A stretch of 64,000 nucleotides of DNA from Eledone cirrhosa (GCA_964016885.1 OZ024740.1:296980001-297044000), one strand, 5' to 3'. Numbered from the stretch's first letter, positions 48,058 to 63,102 are shown. Program-made: numbers and translations. The notes: generated by a model from the letters alone, not told the origin.

Positions 48058-48257
48058 NNNNNNNNNNNNNNNNNNNNNNNNNNNNNNNNNNNNNNNNNNN
48101 NNNNNNNNNNNNNNNNNNNNNNNNNNNNNNNNNNNNNNNNNNNNNNNNNNNNNNNNNNNNNNNNNNNNNNNNNNNNNNNNNNNNNNNNNNNNNNNNNNNN
48201 NNNNNNNNNNNNNNNNNNNNNNNNNNNNNNNNNNNNNNNNNNNNNNNNNNNNNNNNN
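48058..48257. other. Assembly gap (200 N)
   Basis: Run of n. Confidence 1.
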
Positions 48258-49755
48258 GTCTGTAGTTACTAGCAATGTTAGCCCCACAGACTGGCCGTGT
48301 TGGTGGTCCCGCGACAGGGTCCCAGCCCGTTTTATGGTCTTTTCGAAGCCCATACAACGCCGGCACGTCATTGTTCCAGGCCTGGAAGTTGTTGGCAGTC
48401 CTTTTGTTGGGCTGCATTATATTTGTCCACATCACCATATGGGCATTGAGGGTTTTTTCTCTATCCTCATGCTCCTGTGGTGTTACCTCTCTTGTGTTAG
48501 TGATGTGGGGTTGCATTGCCTGGATGTAGTTTGGCAGGCTGTCAACCGACATTCTGCCAGACTTGTCTGTTGGAAAGCATGCTATCTCTCCATTACGCGA
48601 GCGCTGCATGAGCTTACGCAAGCCATTTGCAGATTCTTCTCCCAGTTGCTGGGCCTCTATTCTATTATGCTTCTTGCTATACTGTTCTATAATATTTCTA
48701 AGTTCGGATTTAGCTATACTAAATTGTGCTTCTGTTTGTTCATCGACCTGCGACGGCAACTGCGTGCGTTTGTTAAATGGCAAAGTCGTGGCGTGGACTC
48801 GTCGTAGGTCGAATGATTTATCGGAGGGGTTATAAAACGGAGAGTTCCAGGCTGCTGCTTTATGTGTACTAGTGCTATTGTTAGTTGTGTTGTTTCTATT
48901 TCCACCAACAGCAGCAGCCTCAGCTTCATGGTTGTTTCTATGTCTCTCATAATTACTCCTGTCTCTTTCCACTGGCTCAATGTTGTTATCTACCCTATTT
49001 TGTGTGTCTGTGTGTTCGTCTTGGTTATTCTCTTTGCCCTTAGTCTCCCTACTCCTTTTAATCCTATTACTTTCTCTTATTTCTCTGATTTCTGTGCTAC
49101 TGTCATTACTTGTTTTCTGTGTCTGTGTGTTTGTTAAGATTGTAGTGGTGGTGAGAGGCATTGAATGTGTGTGTGTTGTTGTTGTTGATGTGTGTTGTTG
49201 TCTCCGTGTGTGTGTGTGTTATCGTTGTTGTGTGTGTTGTTATTGTTGTTTGTGTTTGCGTGTCTGTTGTTGTTGTATCTGGGTATGTTGCTGTTGTTGT
49301 TGTTGTTGATGTGTGTGTTGTTGTTATTGTTGTCTCCGTGTGTGTTGTTATTGTTGTTTGTGTCTGCGTGTCTGTTGTATCTGGGTATGTTGCTATTGTT
49401 GGTGTTGTATCTGGGTATGTTGCTATTGTTGTTGTTATTGTTGTTTGTGTCTGTGTGTCTGTTGTTGTTGGGATGTGTGTTGTATATGTGTGTGCGTATA
49501 TTGTTGCTTTTGTTTTTGTTTTTGATGCTCCAGCGTAGTTTCGTAAATGATTTTTCTATTTCTGACAGACAACTAATCATATTTACCTTCTTGAATGTCG
49601 CAAATTTGGGTGGCAGACGTAACACAGACATTTCATTATTATCTATTTTCGTGTTTCCATAAATGTTGGTATTTTCATTGTTGAACTCTTCAGATAATGA
49701 GGTGTCGGCCATGTTGATACCGTCAATTTTGTCGGGATATCTATTGGTATACTCT
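48258..49755 (-). mobile_element. Inverted N-terminal half of a Penelope-like ORF with an Asn/Thr-rich low-complexity insert
   Basis: VLRLPPKFA..EIEKSFTKLRW, PTDKSGRM and PALYGLRKDHK..PTRPVCG, which match PLE N-terminal and RT1-2 motifs. Confidence 0.8.
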
Positions 49756-49845
49756 ATAGTATAGGCCAAGAAAACCCACACAGATAGATGGAACGGGTGG
49801 ACCAGAGCCATACGGACACCCGAAAACCACGATGAACTGAAGAAA

Positions 49846-51195
49846 ATGATTGCACATGCGGTAGGGGCCAGCATAAAATTAACCCTTAAGGAACATATGT
49901 TCAAATTTAATGGTAAAACATATGCCCAAGAGGAAGGAGCAGCCATTGGTGTTAGCATTGCAGGCGACATAGCTAACTTGTTCATGGTATGGTGGGACAG
50001 TAGACTTAAACAAAAACTTAAAGAACAATTAGAAGACAGCTTAACCCTGATAATGTACTCCCGCTACGTAGATGATATAAACATCGTAGTTAAGACACCC
50101 CCACTAAAGAACAGTCAGGAACCAGAGAAAAACACAATGGAAAGCATCCAGCAAATAGCAAACTCCATCCACCAGAGCATTAGAGTTACTATAGACTACC
50201 CAAGTAGACACCCCAACCATCGATTACCTGTACTAGACACAGAGCTCTGGTTAGATACTATTAACAACCAAAAACAAATCCTCCATTCCCATTATGCCAA
50301 ACCCATGACTTCCAAACATCTGATCCACCGAAACTCGGCCATTTCGGACCATACCAAAATCAACATACTGATTGCGGATTTGATACGGGTGATGAGAAAT
50401 GTGTCCCGCATGTGCAACCCCGAAGAACTAGAGAGACACATACAACACTTCATCCACCGTATGCAGTTCTCTGGCTACAATCAGAGAGATAGAATCAGAG
50501 TGTATAAAGGAGCCAGAACCAAATGGGAAAAAATGGTAAATAATGACATAAATGGGACCTGCCCCTTGTATAGGAGCAAATTTTGGAATAGAATAGAAAG
50601 AACTAAGAACAAGGCCAATAGAATAAACTCATGGTATGATAGCAATAAATACCAGAGTGTAATGTTCATCAATACAACCCCTAGAGGCGAACTAGCCTAC
50701 AAATTTAGAAGGGCCCTAAAGAAACATAATCTCAATATTAAGATAGTAGAAAGACCTGGTACCTCCGTAAAAACACTTATTAGCAAGACATACCCGTTCC
50801 AAAGACCCTCATGTATAGATAAGAAATGTATAACCTGTAAAATAAGCCCCCATATTAACTGTAAAACTAGAAATGTAGTATATAGCATAAGATGTACTGA
50901 AGGACAATGTAGAAACAAAAATATAGTGTACATAGGTGAGACAGCTCGTAGTATAGGGGAACGAATAAATGAACACTGGCGAGACCTCCAAGATAGTAAA
51001 GAATCATCTGTGCTCTACCAACATGCTAAGATAGAACACAGGGGTAAATTAGAGAGCATAGAAATAAAAATAGAATCCACACACAAGAAAGACGCAATGT
51101 TTAGGCAAATTACAGAGGCAGTAAGCATAAAAGAATTAAAACCAAAATTAAATAGAAAATATGAGTGGAACAGCAACATCACAACTTACAATTAA
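49846..51195 (+). CDS. PLE reverse transcriptase (C-half) plus GIY-YIG endonuclease
   Basis: QEEGAAIG, RYVDD, LPVLD, Cys-rich linker CIDKKCITC..C, NVVYSIRC..YIGETAR..RINEH, EAVSI..PKLN. Confidence 0.9.
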   Translation: MIAHAVGASIKLTLKEHMFKFNGKTYAQEEGAAIGVSIAGDIANLFMVWWDSRLKQKLKEQLEDSLTLIMYSRYVDDINIVVKTPPLKNSQEPEKNTMESIQQIANSIHQSIRVTIDYPSRHPNHRLPVLDTELWLDTINNQKQILHSHYAKPMTSKHLIHRNSAISDHTKINILIADLIRVMRNVSRMCNPEELERHIQHFIHRMQFSGYNQRDRIRVYKGARTKWEKMVNNDINGTCPLYRSKFWNRIERTKNKANRINSWYDSNKYQSVMFINTTPRGELAYKFRRALKKHNLNIKIVERPGTSVKTLISKTYPFQRPSCIDKKCITCKISPHINCKTRNVVYSIRCTEGQCRNKNIVYIGETARSIGERINEHWRDLQDSKESSVLYQHAKIEHRGKLESIEIKIESTHKKDAMFRQITEAVSIKELKPKLNRKYEWNSNITTYN

Positions 51196-51415
51196 GGACA
51201 AAATGAAAACACACACACACATAGAACAAACAACCAACCAACAATAAATAAATAAATAAACAAACAAATATAAATAGAAAAATAGAAAAATGAACACAAA
51301 CACACACAGACACCCGGATGGGGCGCATGCGCAAACTGAGCACGCAACCCACACACAAACAAAATGGCGTAGGATAGAAGAAAGGAAAGGCACAGAAACG
51401 AAGAAAGAAATCCCC

Positions 51416-51460
51416 AGTCACTGAAGAGGTCACAGAGTGTGTGACGAAAGAACTATGACT
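51416..51460 (+). ncRNA. Minimal type I hammerhead ribozyme in the PLE pseudo-LTR
   Basis: agtca-CTGAAGA-g-gtcaca gagtg tgtgac-GAAA-gaac-TA-tgact; 5-bp stem I and 6-bp stem II. Confidence 0.8.
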
Positions 51461-51677
51461 ATATATATATAAACAACTATCTGGTTGTGGAACCAACCAA
51501 CCAACCAGAAATTTATAAATTTGTAAATTTATAAATATATATTAAATTAAATTGAAGTGAAAGCAACTGGTGCGTGTGTTTCTTATTGGCAACATGACCC
51601 TCCCAAAGTATAACAATATCGGTTTCAACACACGATTTCAGATAAAGAATCTTGCTAAACAAATTCAGAAACGAAAC

Positions 51678-53960
<2,283 letters not shown>

Positions 53961-54105
53961 AGATAAAAACACTTGAGTGCATTAGAGTCAAACACTCGTC
54001 ACATTAGAGAAATGACAGTACAAGAGATAGCTCAATGTTATCCAACAGAGCCGAAAAAATTATATAAATCAACATAGAAGCCTTTAATACATTAAAAATC
54101 TTTAT

Positions 54106-54149
54106 TCGCTGACAGTGTTTCGTCCCAGTAATAGGACTCTTCAGAGCAA
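54106..54149 (-). ncRNA. Minimal type I hammerhead ribozyme, canonical core
   Basis: Minus strand ttgct-CTGAAGA-gtcc tattactg ggac-GAAA-cact-GTC-agcga, followed by AATAAA. Confidence 0.88.
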
Positions 54150-56275
54150 GGAAAAGACAAAAAAATCAACGGCTAGAACAAGCCAAAATTCAGAAGAATA
54201 GAGAAATGGATAAATAGAAATTTAAATGTTAGATTAAAGATATAATATGCAGGTAATATAAAAGCAGGATAAGGAGGCTAGGTCTAGAATGTTGCGACAT
54301 ATTTAGATTTCAGGTAACTAAGAAAGGGCACTTAATTACTAATGGGTAAACATTTATAAAAATTTATAACACACCCGATAATATGTAAAGAAGGATATTT
54401 CGGAAAATTATCCAGGAAAGATGTGTCAAACGTAATAGGGTACATTGGTACATAAAAACTATAGGGCAAGAGAGCAAGCAAACACTAAAATCGCCACGTT
54501 AAAAGTACAATATATGTCCAATACTCGAAATACAACATAGTAATATAGTTCGAGAAATAAGATATAAAAAATATAATATAATATACAATACAATGCAATA
54601 TATAATATAATACAGAAATAAAATTTAATATATATATATATACACACACACTCACACACATATATATACACACACATATACACATTTACACATACACATA
54701 ATAACACAAATATATATATATATGCACTATAATAGAATAATCACCCTGACGGTGTGATTAAACAATACTAAAATCAAAGAAAATATTGACATTAAAAAAC
54801 ATAAATACTTCCAACGTACCATGCAAAGTCAACATAACATGTATAAAAACATAACGTATACCACAGGGTAAAAAATAATACCATAAAATAAAATAAAGTA
54901 TGGTAAAAAAAAATATATATGGTAAAGAATATATAATAGACAATGAATAATGAAATATAACAGGTAAATATTTACCGATAAATACCGATAAAATAAAGTA
55001 AAAATAAATGAGCGCATAGCAAATATACGATAAGGTGTATAGAGATATAGGCAATTCAAATACATACAGCAATATAATATTACATATTAATATTTCAACA
55101 CCAAACATATAATTGCAAGGGAGAAAGATTTAAATCATATTTACTCAATATATTCATCGACACATGTGACAAAAGATAGGAAAGACAGACAGAAGTAACA
55201 AATCATAGCAAAACAAAACAAAAACAAAAACAAAAAACGCGTAGGCACAACAATCTGTTAGGTGAAAATTAATGATACAACTATTCAAAGTCAAATAACT
55301 GAATCGAAACCCTTTTTAATTTTAATTAATTTATTAAAAGGTAAATAAAGATTATGGTACACTCCATTTGGAACAAAGTTTAAGTCACTAATGCCGATAG
55401 AAATTAAGATATTCCAATAAACGAGCGAAAACATTCATCGAATATATATTTAATTTCTGTTATGACGACTGACGTTATCCAAAGTAAAGATTCCAATAAA
55501 AACTATGGTGGACAAAAAGGAACAGAAAGAAGTAAAACTATGGAGGACAAGAAGGAACATAAAGATATAATATATATATTCAATAAGGCAAAGATTAAGT
55601 GAAGAAAAAATGAAGTTCATTAACCGTGAATGTAGAAGACTAAAATTAAACTATTAGTTAGTCACGGAGACAATAAGATACACTCCAACTAGGGGTGAAT
55701 ATAAAGATAGGAATATATAAGTCGACAAAGGATGAGTATAAAGATAGAGATATAAAAATGGACAAGGGACTAAATAGGCCAAATAAGCTAAAAAAAAACA
55801 GAAAACTAAAAATCAATAAACCAAAGAAAACTAATAATAATAATAATAAACTAAAAAAACCAAAATGATAAGGAATCTAAACAGCCATTGAATACGAATA
55901 CGCCACAAACAATTGTGTTATACATATAACTAAACATCCACACACATATACATATTCACAAAAAAATATATATCTACAAATATACCCACAGATACAAAAC
56001 CCTATACCCACAGAACCATTTACGTGCTAAACTTTCACACACCAACCAGCTCAAGAGAGTGTGTGTATCAATTCGCCAATGATGATGAAGTATCTACGTC
56101 CAGCTATATAAGAGCCCATCCTGTATAGACACCATTACTCACAGAAAAGAGTAAGTGGTATATTAAGAAACATAAAGAATATAAAAATAAAAATTAAAAA
56201 TATAAAATATAAAAAATATAAAAAATATCTAGACAAGACGTCTAAACCAGAATAGTAAAGTGAGATTCCGAAAAA

Positions 56276-58089
56276 TCAACTACCTGAGCTTTTAGGTTTA
56301 TAATAGAAGAAGGAATTAGAGATAGCATGCGGACAGGATGAAAAGATTTCCGATTTTCTATTTAGTAATACATTTTTAGAGAAAATTATACAATGGGTTT
56401 CTAGAATGCAAAGATTACAGAATTTAGCGTGGGTGGAATAATGGTTAGAATGGGCTACAATACGCCAATGCAGACTGTACGGTATACCGGTCCCTTTCAA
56501 ATCCCAAATATGATGCGCCAAAGAAGTTGAGTTTTTAAATTTAATATGTTTAAAATTAGAGACATGCAAATTAAACCTCGTTTTAAATGTATTAGAGGTG
56601 GAGCCTATATAAGTTTTACAAGATGAATTGGTCCTAACATCACATGCATAGGCAATATTCTTAGTGAAGCAAAAACCATTTAAAGGGCAGCTATTACTTC
56701 TACAATTACATTTACGGGTATTAGTGATTACCTCATTTCGCGAAACATTATTCCTAGGGTTACTTAACAACAAGTTCCGCTCGGGTGGTATGTTATTAAT
56801 AGAACTATTTAAATTAGTAGTAAGTAAAGAGCAGTAGCCGTCCCTAATTTTCTTATTATTCGTGCGAGCAAGATGTGAACTAATGTTAGGGGTAGTAGAA
56901 AAGGAGAGTTTGATGACATTCTTATTGAAGATACTATGATATTTACTAGCGGGAGGGAAATTTTTCTCAAAAATTGAAAAGAAAGACCTAGGGATAATAG
57001 TTAGTACATCAAAATTATAAGATGGGTTGAAGTAGGTATTAAGTCTTCTCCTATTCTTACCTTTACTATTCCTATCACGTATCGTATCCATAGGATCAGG
57101 GTTTATGTCAGGACTAATAGAATTAACACTAGTAGAAACCGCTATAACATTACCACCGGGTGTACGTTCAGAGCGTCTATCCTGTCCATTACAACTAAGT
57201 TCACAATGTGTACCATTAGATACACCACTATAATTACTATTGCTGTTGGTATTCGTAGGGTGCGGTTTGGATTTATCTATAAAGTTTCTATAATTCCTAT
57301 GTTTTCTACCCCCATTAAAGGCCATGTTGTGGGATATCACATTACTATGGGTAATCGGAGTCGTTTCTAGGTTGTCATCCTTATAATGTAGTCTACCAGA
57401 GTATCCAGAGTTAGCTAGGGCATTATTATAATACTCAGCATGCGAGTTAAAAATTCTTACATCTTTAGAGAGTGTGGAGATCCTATTAGAGACACCGTTA
57501 ATAATAGAGCTAATCATAGATTTAGGGTGGTTGGAATTAGGATTAACGTAAGAGGGTGTCTCATTGGGCTTATGGAAGGGTTTATAATTATTAGTAACTA
57601 AGTCTAACGTCACGTCTAAAAATTAACTGCTCTATCGTTCCTATCAATCGTGATCGAAAGGTTAACATTTCTAAAAAACTTATATAACTTCTTCCTATTA
57701 TGTTCAATACTATTAGTACTAGAGTTTATCATAAATAATGCGTCATCACGATAAAGTCCACCTTTAAGGTGCGGAAAGCTAACATAAAGCTCATTTAAGA
57801 GGTACAGCCCAACAAGATCAGTCACCTGTGCAGAATCACTCGATCCCATGGTAACGTAAAAAATAACGTCAAAATTACGCGTCCAAAGAGTATCCTCAAA
57901 TTTGATGATAGTTCTACGGGCCGCTAGTATAACATCAATCTGGGGTCGCGTAAGACTAGACATTCGCATGGCTATAATCAAGGCCTTATTGAGGAGGATA
58001 GGTGAAATCGACGTGTAATTATTGAAAGTCTCTGGATTTCGCAAAATACATAATATTTTTATTGGAGAAGGTAAGATATTTTCCCGCAA
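56276..58089 (-). pseudogene. PLE RT plus GIY-YIG ORF with one frameshift
   Basis: TMGSSDSAQVTDLVGLYLL, LYRDD, VNF/LDVTLDL broken at ~57615, KCNCRSNSCPLNGFC..IAY..YIGST..RFNLH..CNLCILE..LLN. Confidence 0.88.
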
Positions 58090-58351
58090 AAATTTGATTG
58101 CACTATTTTGTTTCCACTTATGTATTGTTTGAAAATGTTATTTATTCATTATAAAAAATTAAATGTTAGCATTCTATATGTAGGTAGGCCCCCCCCCCCC
58201 CCGCCTTCATCTGGCAATCAATATATTTAGACTTTGTCCGCCAATGTATATATATATATATATATAATCCGATCATTGCAAGTTTGAATCTGATGCAAAA
58301 AAATATATATATATAGGAATAGGTAAGCCTATTCATAGTAGATTCAATTAT

Positions 58352-58388
<37 letters not shown>

Positions 58389-58625
58389 GAGGAGGAGGAG
58401 AAATGAGGTGGAGCAGAAATGAAACATGGTTTACAGGTTAAAATGTAGTCTAGATAGATGTGAAACAAAACGAGGATGTAGTTTATGGAACACCCAAATG
58501 ATTTAGAAGTCGACCTTAAGTAAGAGCAATAACATTAAGAAAGGTATGAACGACCCCTAAACACATTATTTTGAAAATTTTGAAAGTAGGTTTATAAGTA
58601 TGAATTTTCATACAATTTTTATAGT

Positions 58626-58700
58626 TGTCTCTGTTGCCTAGTGGTAGGTATTACAGACGGTGGAGATCCTGGCCTTGGGTTCAATCCTGGTCAAGAAGTA
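58626..58700 (+). other. Decayed tRNA-derived (SINE-head-like) sequence
   Basis: tgcctagtggt A-box-like and ggttcaatcc B-box at tRNA spacing; no complete cloverleaf. Confidence 0.4.
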
Positions 58701-59141
58701 CATGTAACCTTTTTCAGTTTTTATTTTACAACCAAAAGAAAAAACTGAAAAGGTTTACCGGGAACCCGACTCCCGACCAGGATCGAACTTCTTGGAAAGT
58801 GTTGTGGTCGGACTTATGAACGGCAATTTCCCCAAACGCTGTGAGTTTAGAGAAATTGCCGGAATATCGAAATTTATATTGTTATTTCTACAATTTTCAC
58901 AACTTGTCAGCATCGTATCCTGCCCTGTTTCCATTTAAAAGACACTGCCTTGTCCCCACCGCTGACCTGTCAATTCGCCGCTTCCGACAGGGAGATCTTC
59001 CACTCACATTGGGGTGGATGAAAGATCTCTTGTGAAAATGGGTATAGCTTTCATTTCAGTTTCTTGCCAAATACGAAGAAGCCCGATATATTAACCACAT
59101 AGGAAAGGGCACAGAGCTTAATTTTTTTAATTATATATATA

Positions 59142-59372
59142 CAGTGGTGGTGGAACTGGGGGGGGGGGGATCCCCCCTCCAATAATTATATTTTCTCCCC
59201 AAACTACCAAGAACAAACATCTATTTGGATAGGCGCTACAATTTATGTACATGTTTATCGTATATCGAAGTTTTCTGACCATTTTATAGTGCAAAGGGCT
59301 AAACAAATTACTACAACTAAATTGTCCCAATTTGACCCCTCCCTCCATTCAGAAATGCTTCCACCGCCCCTG
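59142..59372. mobile_element. MITE with CAGKGGYGGTGGAA terminal inverted repeats
   Basis: cagtggtggtggaac...gcttccaccgcccctg; TATA on both flanks; related to 63401-63665 in the opposite orientation. Confidence 0.7.
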
Positions 59373-59526
59373 TATAAGTAAGTTTGTTTTGAAACAGCGA
59401 GCGAACTTTGAAATTTTGTAGAAATAGAAGCTTTCGCCGTATTTTTGATTAAGGAATATTAGCATGATAGTGGGGTTTAAAACCCTCTATAAAATGGTAA
59501 AGGATGAGTATTGACGTACGTATATA

Positions 59527-59945
59527 TGTAGCGAAATCTGTCCACGCCTTGAACCTTGGCTGACACATGAAAGTCAAATTCTAGGTCACTATCCTTTTTG
59601 GTGTGGACAGGTTCATGCGTGGGCGATCTCTCAAGGTGGGAGACAGAAAGCGACAGGTATATAAAGCTTATATTTTCCCACGTTTTATACAGGAGATAGG
59701 AACAATACGCTATAGTTCTACCTACAGGCCGCAGAGGTCTACAGACAACTACAGACAATTACTCTCTCTCACTATCGTCTCAGACAATAGCAGCCTCATG
59801 GACCAACCAAACAATAACATTGTCAACCTTTGCAACTCGCGGTAACTTGTTTATTGTTCTTTTTGACTGAAGTGAAGTAAACCTTTTTATATATAAAGTA
59901 AATCAGCTATTCTTGTAACAACCACTGCCAATACTCTTCGTTACA
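59527..59945 (+). mobile_element. 5' LTR of an LTR retrotransposon (Ty3/Gypsy-like)
   Basis: TGTAGCGAA...TTCGTTACA inverted termini, internal TATATAAA, directly followed by a PBS. Confidence 0.8.
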
Positions 59946-59946
59946 T

Positions 59947-59966
59947 TGGTGACCCCGACGTGATTT
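59947..59966 (+). promoter_or_regulatory. Primer-binding site complementary to the tRNA-Trp 3' end
   Basis: TGGTGACCCCGACGTGATTT is the reverse complement of AAAUCACGUCGGGGUCA-CCA and lies 1 nt after the LTR CA. Confidence 0.85.
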
Positions 59967-60435
59967 AAAAATAATACGAAATGGTATTTAAAAAAATGAA
60001 AACAACACGCAATTTTCTGATCATGGCTTCCATTGCCAACAACAGCAGCTTTCTCAGCAATATATAATTACCAAGCTTCTCATCTATATGGTACGATATG
60101 ATAAAACTTCACTTTTTCAAATTATTCCCCAAACTTCCAATCTACGGAATATTTACAGTGACTTCGCTTTGATGTTTCGATTCATTACCAAACACTTCAC
60201 CACTTACTTCGTAATCTCTAACATCAACCACAACAACAGACAATACTACTAGTTTCCTAGCAAGAAAACGATAACATAAAGAAGAGAAAAACTGAACTTT
60301 AAACAAAAACAAAACAATTATTTCTTCTTTTTTTTTTTACTTTATTCGGACATTTATTCCTTTTAAACTGTATATATGAATATTCGATTTCTTTCGAATA
60401 TTCATATATACAGTTAAAAGGAATAAATGAATACG

Positions 60436-60499
60436 CCGTCGAAACGGCTTGAGCTCTGCCGTCGGGGTCATACTTTCTCATATATATACATGCATAAAC

Positions 60500-60559
<60 letters not shown>

Positions 60560-61281
60560 ATATATGTATATATATATGTATGTGTATATATGTATATATG
60601 TATGGATATCTCTATATATGTGCTCTATTTTTTAATTCATATGTGTCACATTCGCAACAACGCAGCACGCCATTTTTCATTCCTATATTTTTTCACCTCG
60701 CTGTGACCTGTCTTTTTCTATTCCCTTACTGTTATCCTCTTTCTCCCCCCCCCTTCTCTCTCCTTGTACCTCTTACTTTTATTCACTCCCTCTGCCGGTC
60801 ACCCTCTCTCGGCTGGCCTCTTCCTCACACTTTCACTCACTCACTCTCTCCTACTCCCCCTCTCTCACTTCCTCCCGTCTGACCTGTGTGAAATCCTTTT
60901 CTCGCTTACATTTCGCAGGGTTCGGACGCGTCTTTCGTCTACTCGTCAATGATTTTCTAGAACTTAAGTTCACAATGTATCACTGACTTGTTTTCTCATT
61001 TTCCTCTCTTTACTTTGCCTTACCATTTTTGTTTGTTTACATGTCTCTCTTTCTCCACCCAATTCTTTTTATCCCAATAACTTATTTTAGTTATTGTTCG
61101 CACTGGCTTGAGGTATCTGGTCTTTAATGCGAAGAAATACCGATGATGGCCAGAAGATCACTGATGACGGATAGTCCTGGTTTCTTGCTCTATCTTTTAA
61201 TTCATATGTATATATACAGTATATATATATATATAGGAAAAAGTATGACCCCGACGGCAGAGCTCAAGCCGTTTCGACGGC
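60436..61281. repeat. Pair of ~42-bp inverted repeats (60436-60476 and 61240-61281)
   Basis: gccgtcgaaacggcttgagctctgccgtcggggtcatacttt and its exact reverse complement, each abutting (TA)n. Confidence 0.9.
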
Positions 61282-61328
61282 TATTTCTGGTGTGTTATGG
61301 TCCATCTCGTTCCTTACCACAATTCCTT

Positions 61329-61375
<47 letters not shown>

Positions 61376-61532
61376 GTTTGCAAAATATTTAAACGTAGGT
61401 TAATTGCAGGGCCTTTTGTAATACCGCAACAGTTTACAACATAAAAAGGAATGACTCATTAGATAGTTCTTGATACATTATATACACCTTATTAAGAACT
61501 ATATTATTCAATATGTCATTTTATACATTATG

Positions 61533-61810
61533 TGGAAGCAGCATGGCAGAATGTTTAAGAGGTCAGCTTTGTAATCATTATGCTCGGAGTTCGATCCCCT
61601 TGTGTCATCCTGGACAAGTGTTATTTACCATAGCCTCGTGTCGATCCCTGACTTATGAGTGAAATTTGGTAGACTGACAGTATTTGGAAATCTGTCGGAT
61701 GGACTGAACCTGTAATTCAAAGGACTTGCCATGTGACACAAAGTGTCACGCTAGATCTCCATGATAAACACATTATGGATACACGTGTCTGTGGAATGCC
61801 CACACGTTAA
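61533..61810 (+). mobile_element. Diverged tRNA/CORE-like SINE
   Basis: tggcagaatg A-box-like, gagttcgatcc B-box, CORE-like catcctggacaagtgttattt. Confidence 0.55.
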
Positions 61811-61919
61811 TTTCAGAATCATTCTCTTCTGTCTTCGGGACCTCAAACACACTAATCACTAGGCTGTGTGTCTTTATGCTGCCAGAATGTTTATCTATAA
61901 AAATATATGCGACAGCCAG

Positions 61920-62655
61920 AAATAAATAATTGTTTCTACATTCGGCACAAGGCCAGCAATTTGAGGGTAAGGGGTAAGTCTATCAAATCGATGCCCAGTG
62001 CATTACTGGTGCTTTATTTTATCGACTCCGTAAGAATGAAAGGGAAAACTAACCTCGGCGGGACTTGAACTCAGAATGTAAGCGGTCGTAAATTATATGC
62101 CGCGAAGCATGGTGCCCGACGCTCGACCTATACTACCAATCCACAATGATTTTTAATTTAGGTACAAGCCCAGCAATTCCGGGAGAAAGGGAAGTCGATC
62201 AACCTCATTATTTGACTGCTACGTATCGCTAGAGATTCGGACGCCATGCTTTGCAGCATATAGTTACTGCCCTTTATGATCTGAGTTCAAATCCCGCCGA
62301 GGTTAACTTTGCCTGTCATCCTTACAGGGTTGATAAAATAAAGTACCCGTCACGCACTGGGGTCGGTTTAATCGACTTCCCCCTCCCTCAAAATTGCTGG
62401 CCTTGTGCCTATATAAGAAACCATTATTTGATTGCTACTGTATTTTATCGAGCCAGAAATAAATAATTGTTTCTACTTTTGGCACAAGGCCAGCAATTAC
62501 CCCAGTGCATTACTGGTGCTTTATTGTATTGACTCTTTAAGGTTGAAAGGCAAAGTTAAACCTCGGCGGGATTTGAACTTAGAACATAAAGAGCCATAGC
62601 TCTATGCTGCAAAGCATGGCGTCTGTCACTTTACCGATACTGCCAATCCACTATA
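61920..62655. mobile_element. Cluster of Meta-like tRNA SINEs (approx. 61925-62145 -, 62225-62430 +, 62462-62655 -)
   Basis: Repeated gagttcaaatcccgccgaggttaactttgcct(t)tcatcc core and tgctggccttgtgcc..gaaacaattatt tail. Confidence 0.8.
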
Positions 62656-62924
62656 AGCAAGGTATATTTATGTGTTGACGTGGATGGGTAGAAAAAATTG
62701 GATACAACGAATGTTTCTACAATTAGGAAAACCAACCTTATTTTCGGTGTATTTCCCTCTCATATCGGAAGAAAAACGTTTCTGGAAAAAAAAAAAAAAA
62801 AAATGATTAAGTGAAATTGAGTGAAAATAAATGAAATTAAAAATATTTAAATTGTCAATGTTATTAATTTATTTTGACAGACACAAATCATATATTCGCT
62901 GAATTCAGGTAAGTCAATTATAAT

Positions 62925-63102
62925 TGTTTCTACTTTTGGCACAAGGCCAGCAATTACCCAGTACATTATTGGTACTTTATTTTATCGACCCCGTAAGGAT
63001 GAAAGGCAAAGTTAACCTCGACGGGATTTGAACTCAGATCGTAAAGGGACGTAACTATGCTGGAAAGCATGTCCGACCCTCTACCGATACTGCCAAATCC
63101 AC
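62925..63102 (-). mobile_element. Meta-like tRNA SINE with 19-bp target-site duplication
   Basis: caggtaagtcaattataat at 62906-62924 and 63103-63121. Confidence 0.85.

Larger units (their letters stand above)
53961..58100 (-). mobile_element. Penelope-like element (Hydra-clade-like), 5'-truncated, long 3' region
   Basis: RT and GIY-YIG ORFs at 56276-58089 and a hammerhead-bearing pseudo-LTR at 53961-54210. Linkage across the 2-kb spacer is inferred. Confidence 0.7.

Noticed and set aside
47761-49161. 466-aa ORF fusing PLE and RTE sequence
   Set aside because: Read-through across the 200-N gap; an artefact.
58626-58700. Possible tRNA gene
   Set aside because: A/B-box-like motifs only; acceptor and anticodon stems do not form, so it is treated as a SINE-like relic.
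61140-61185. ccgatga and ctgatga boxes near a TA junction
   Set aside because: No downstream GAAA/NUH, so it cannot be called a ribozyme; it may be a deleted remnant.
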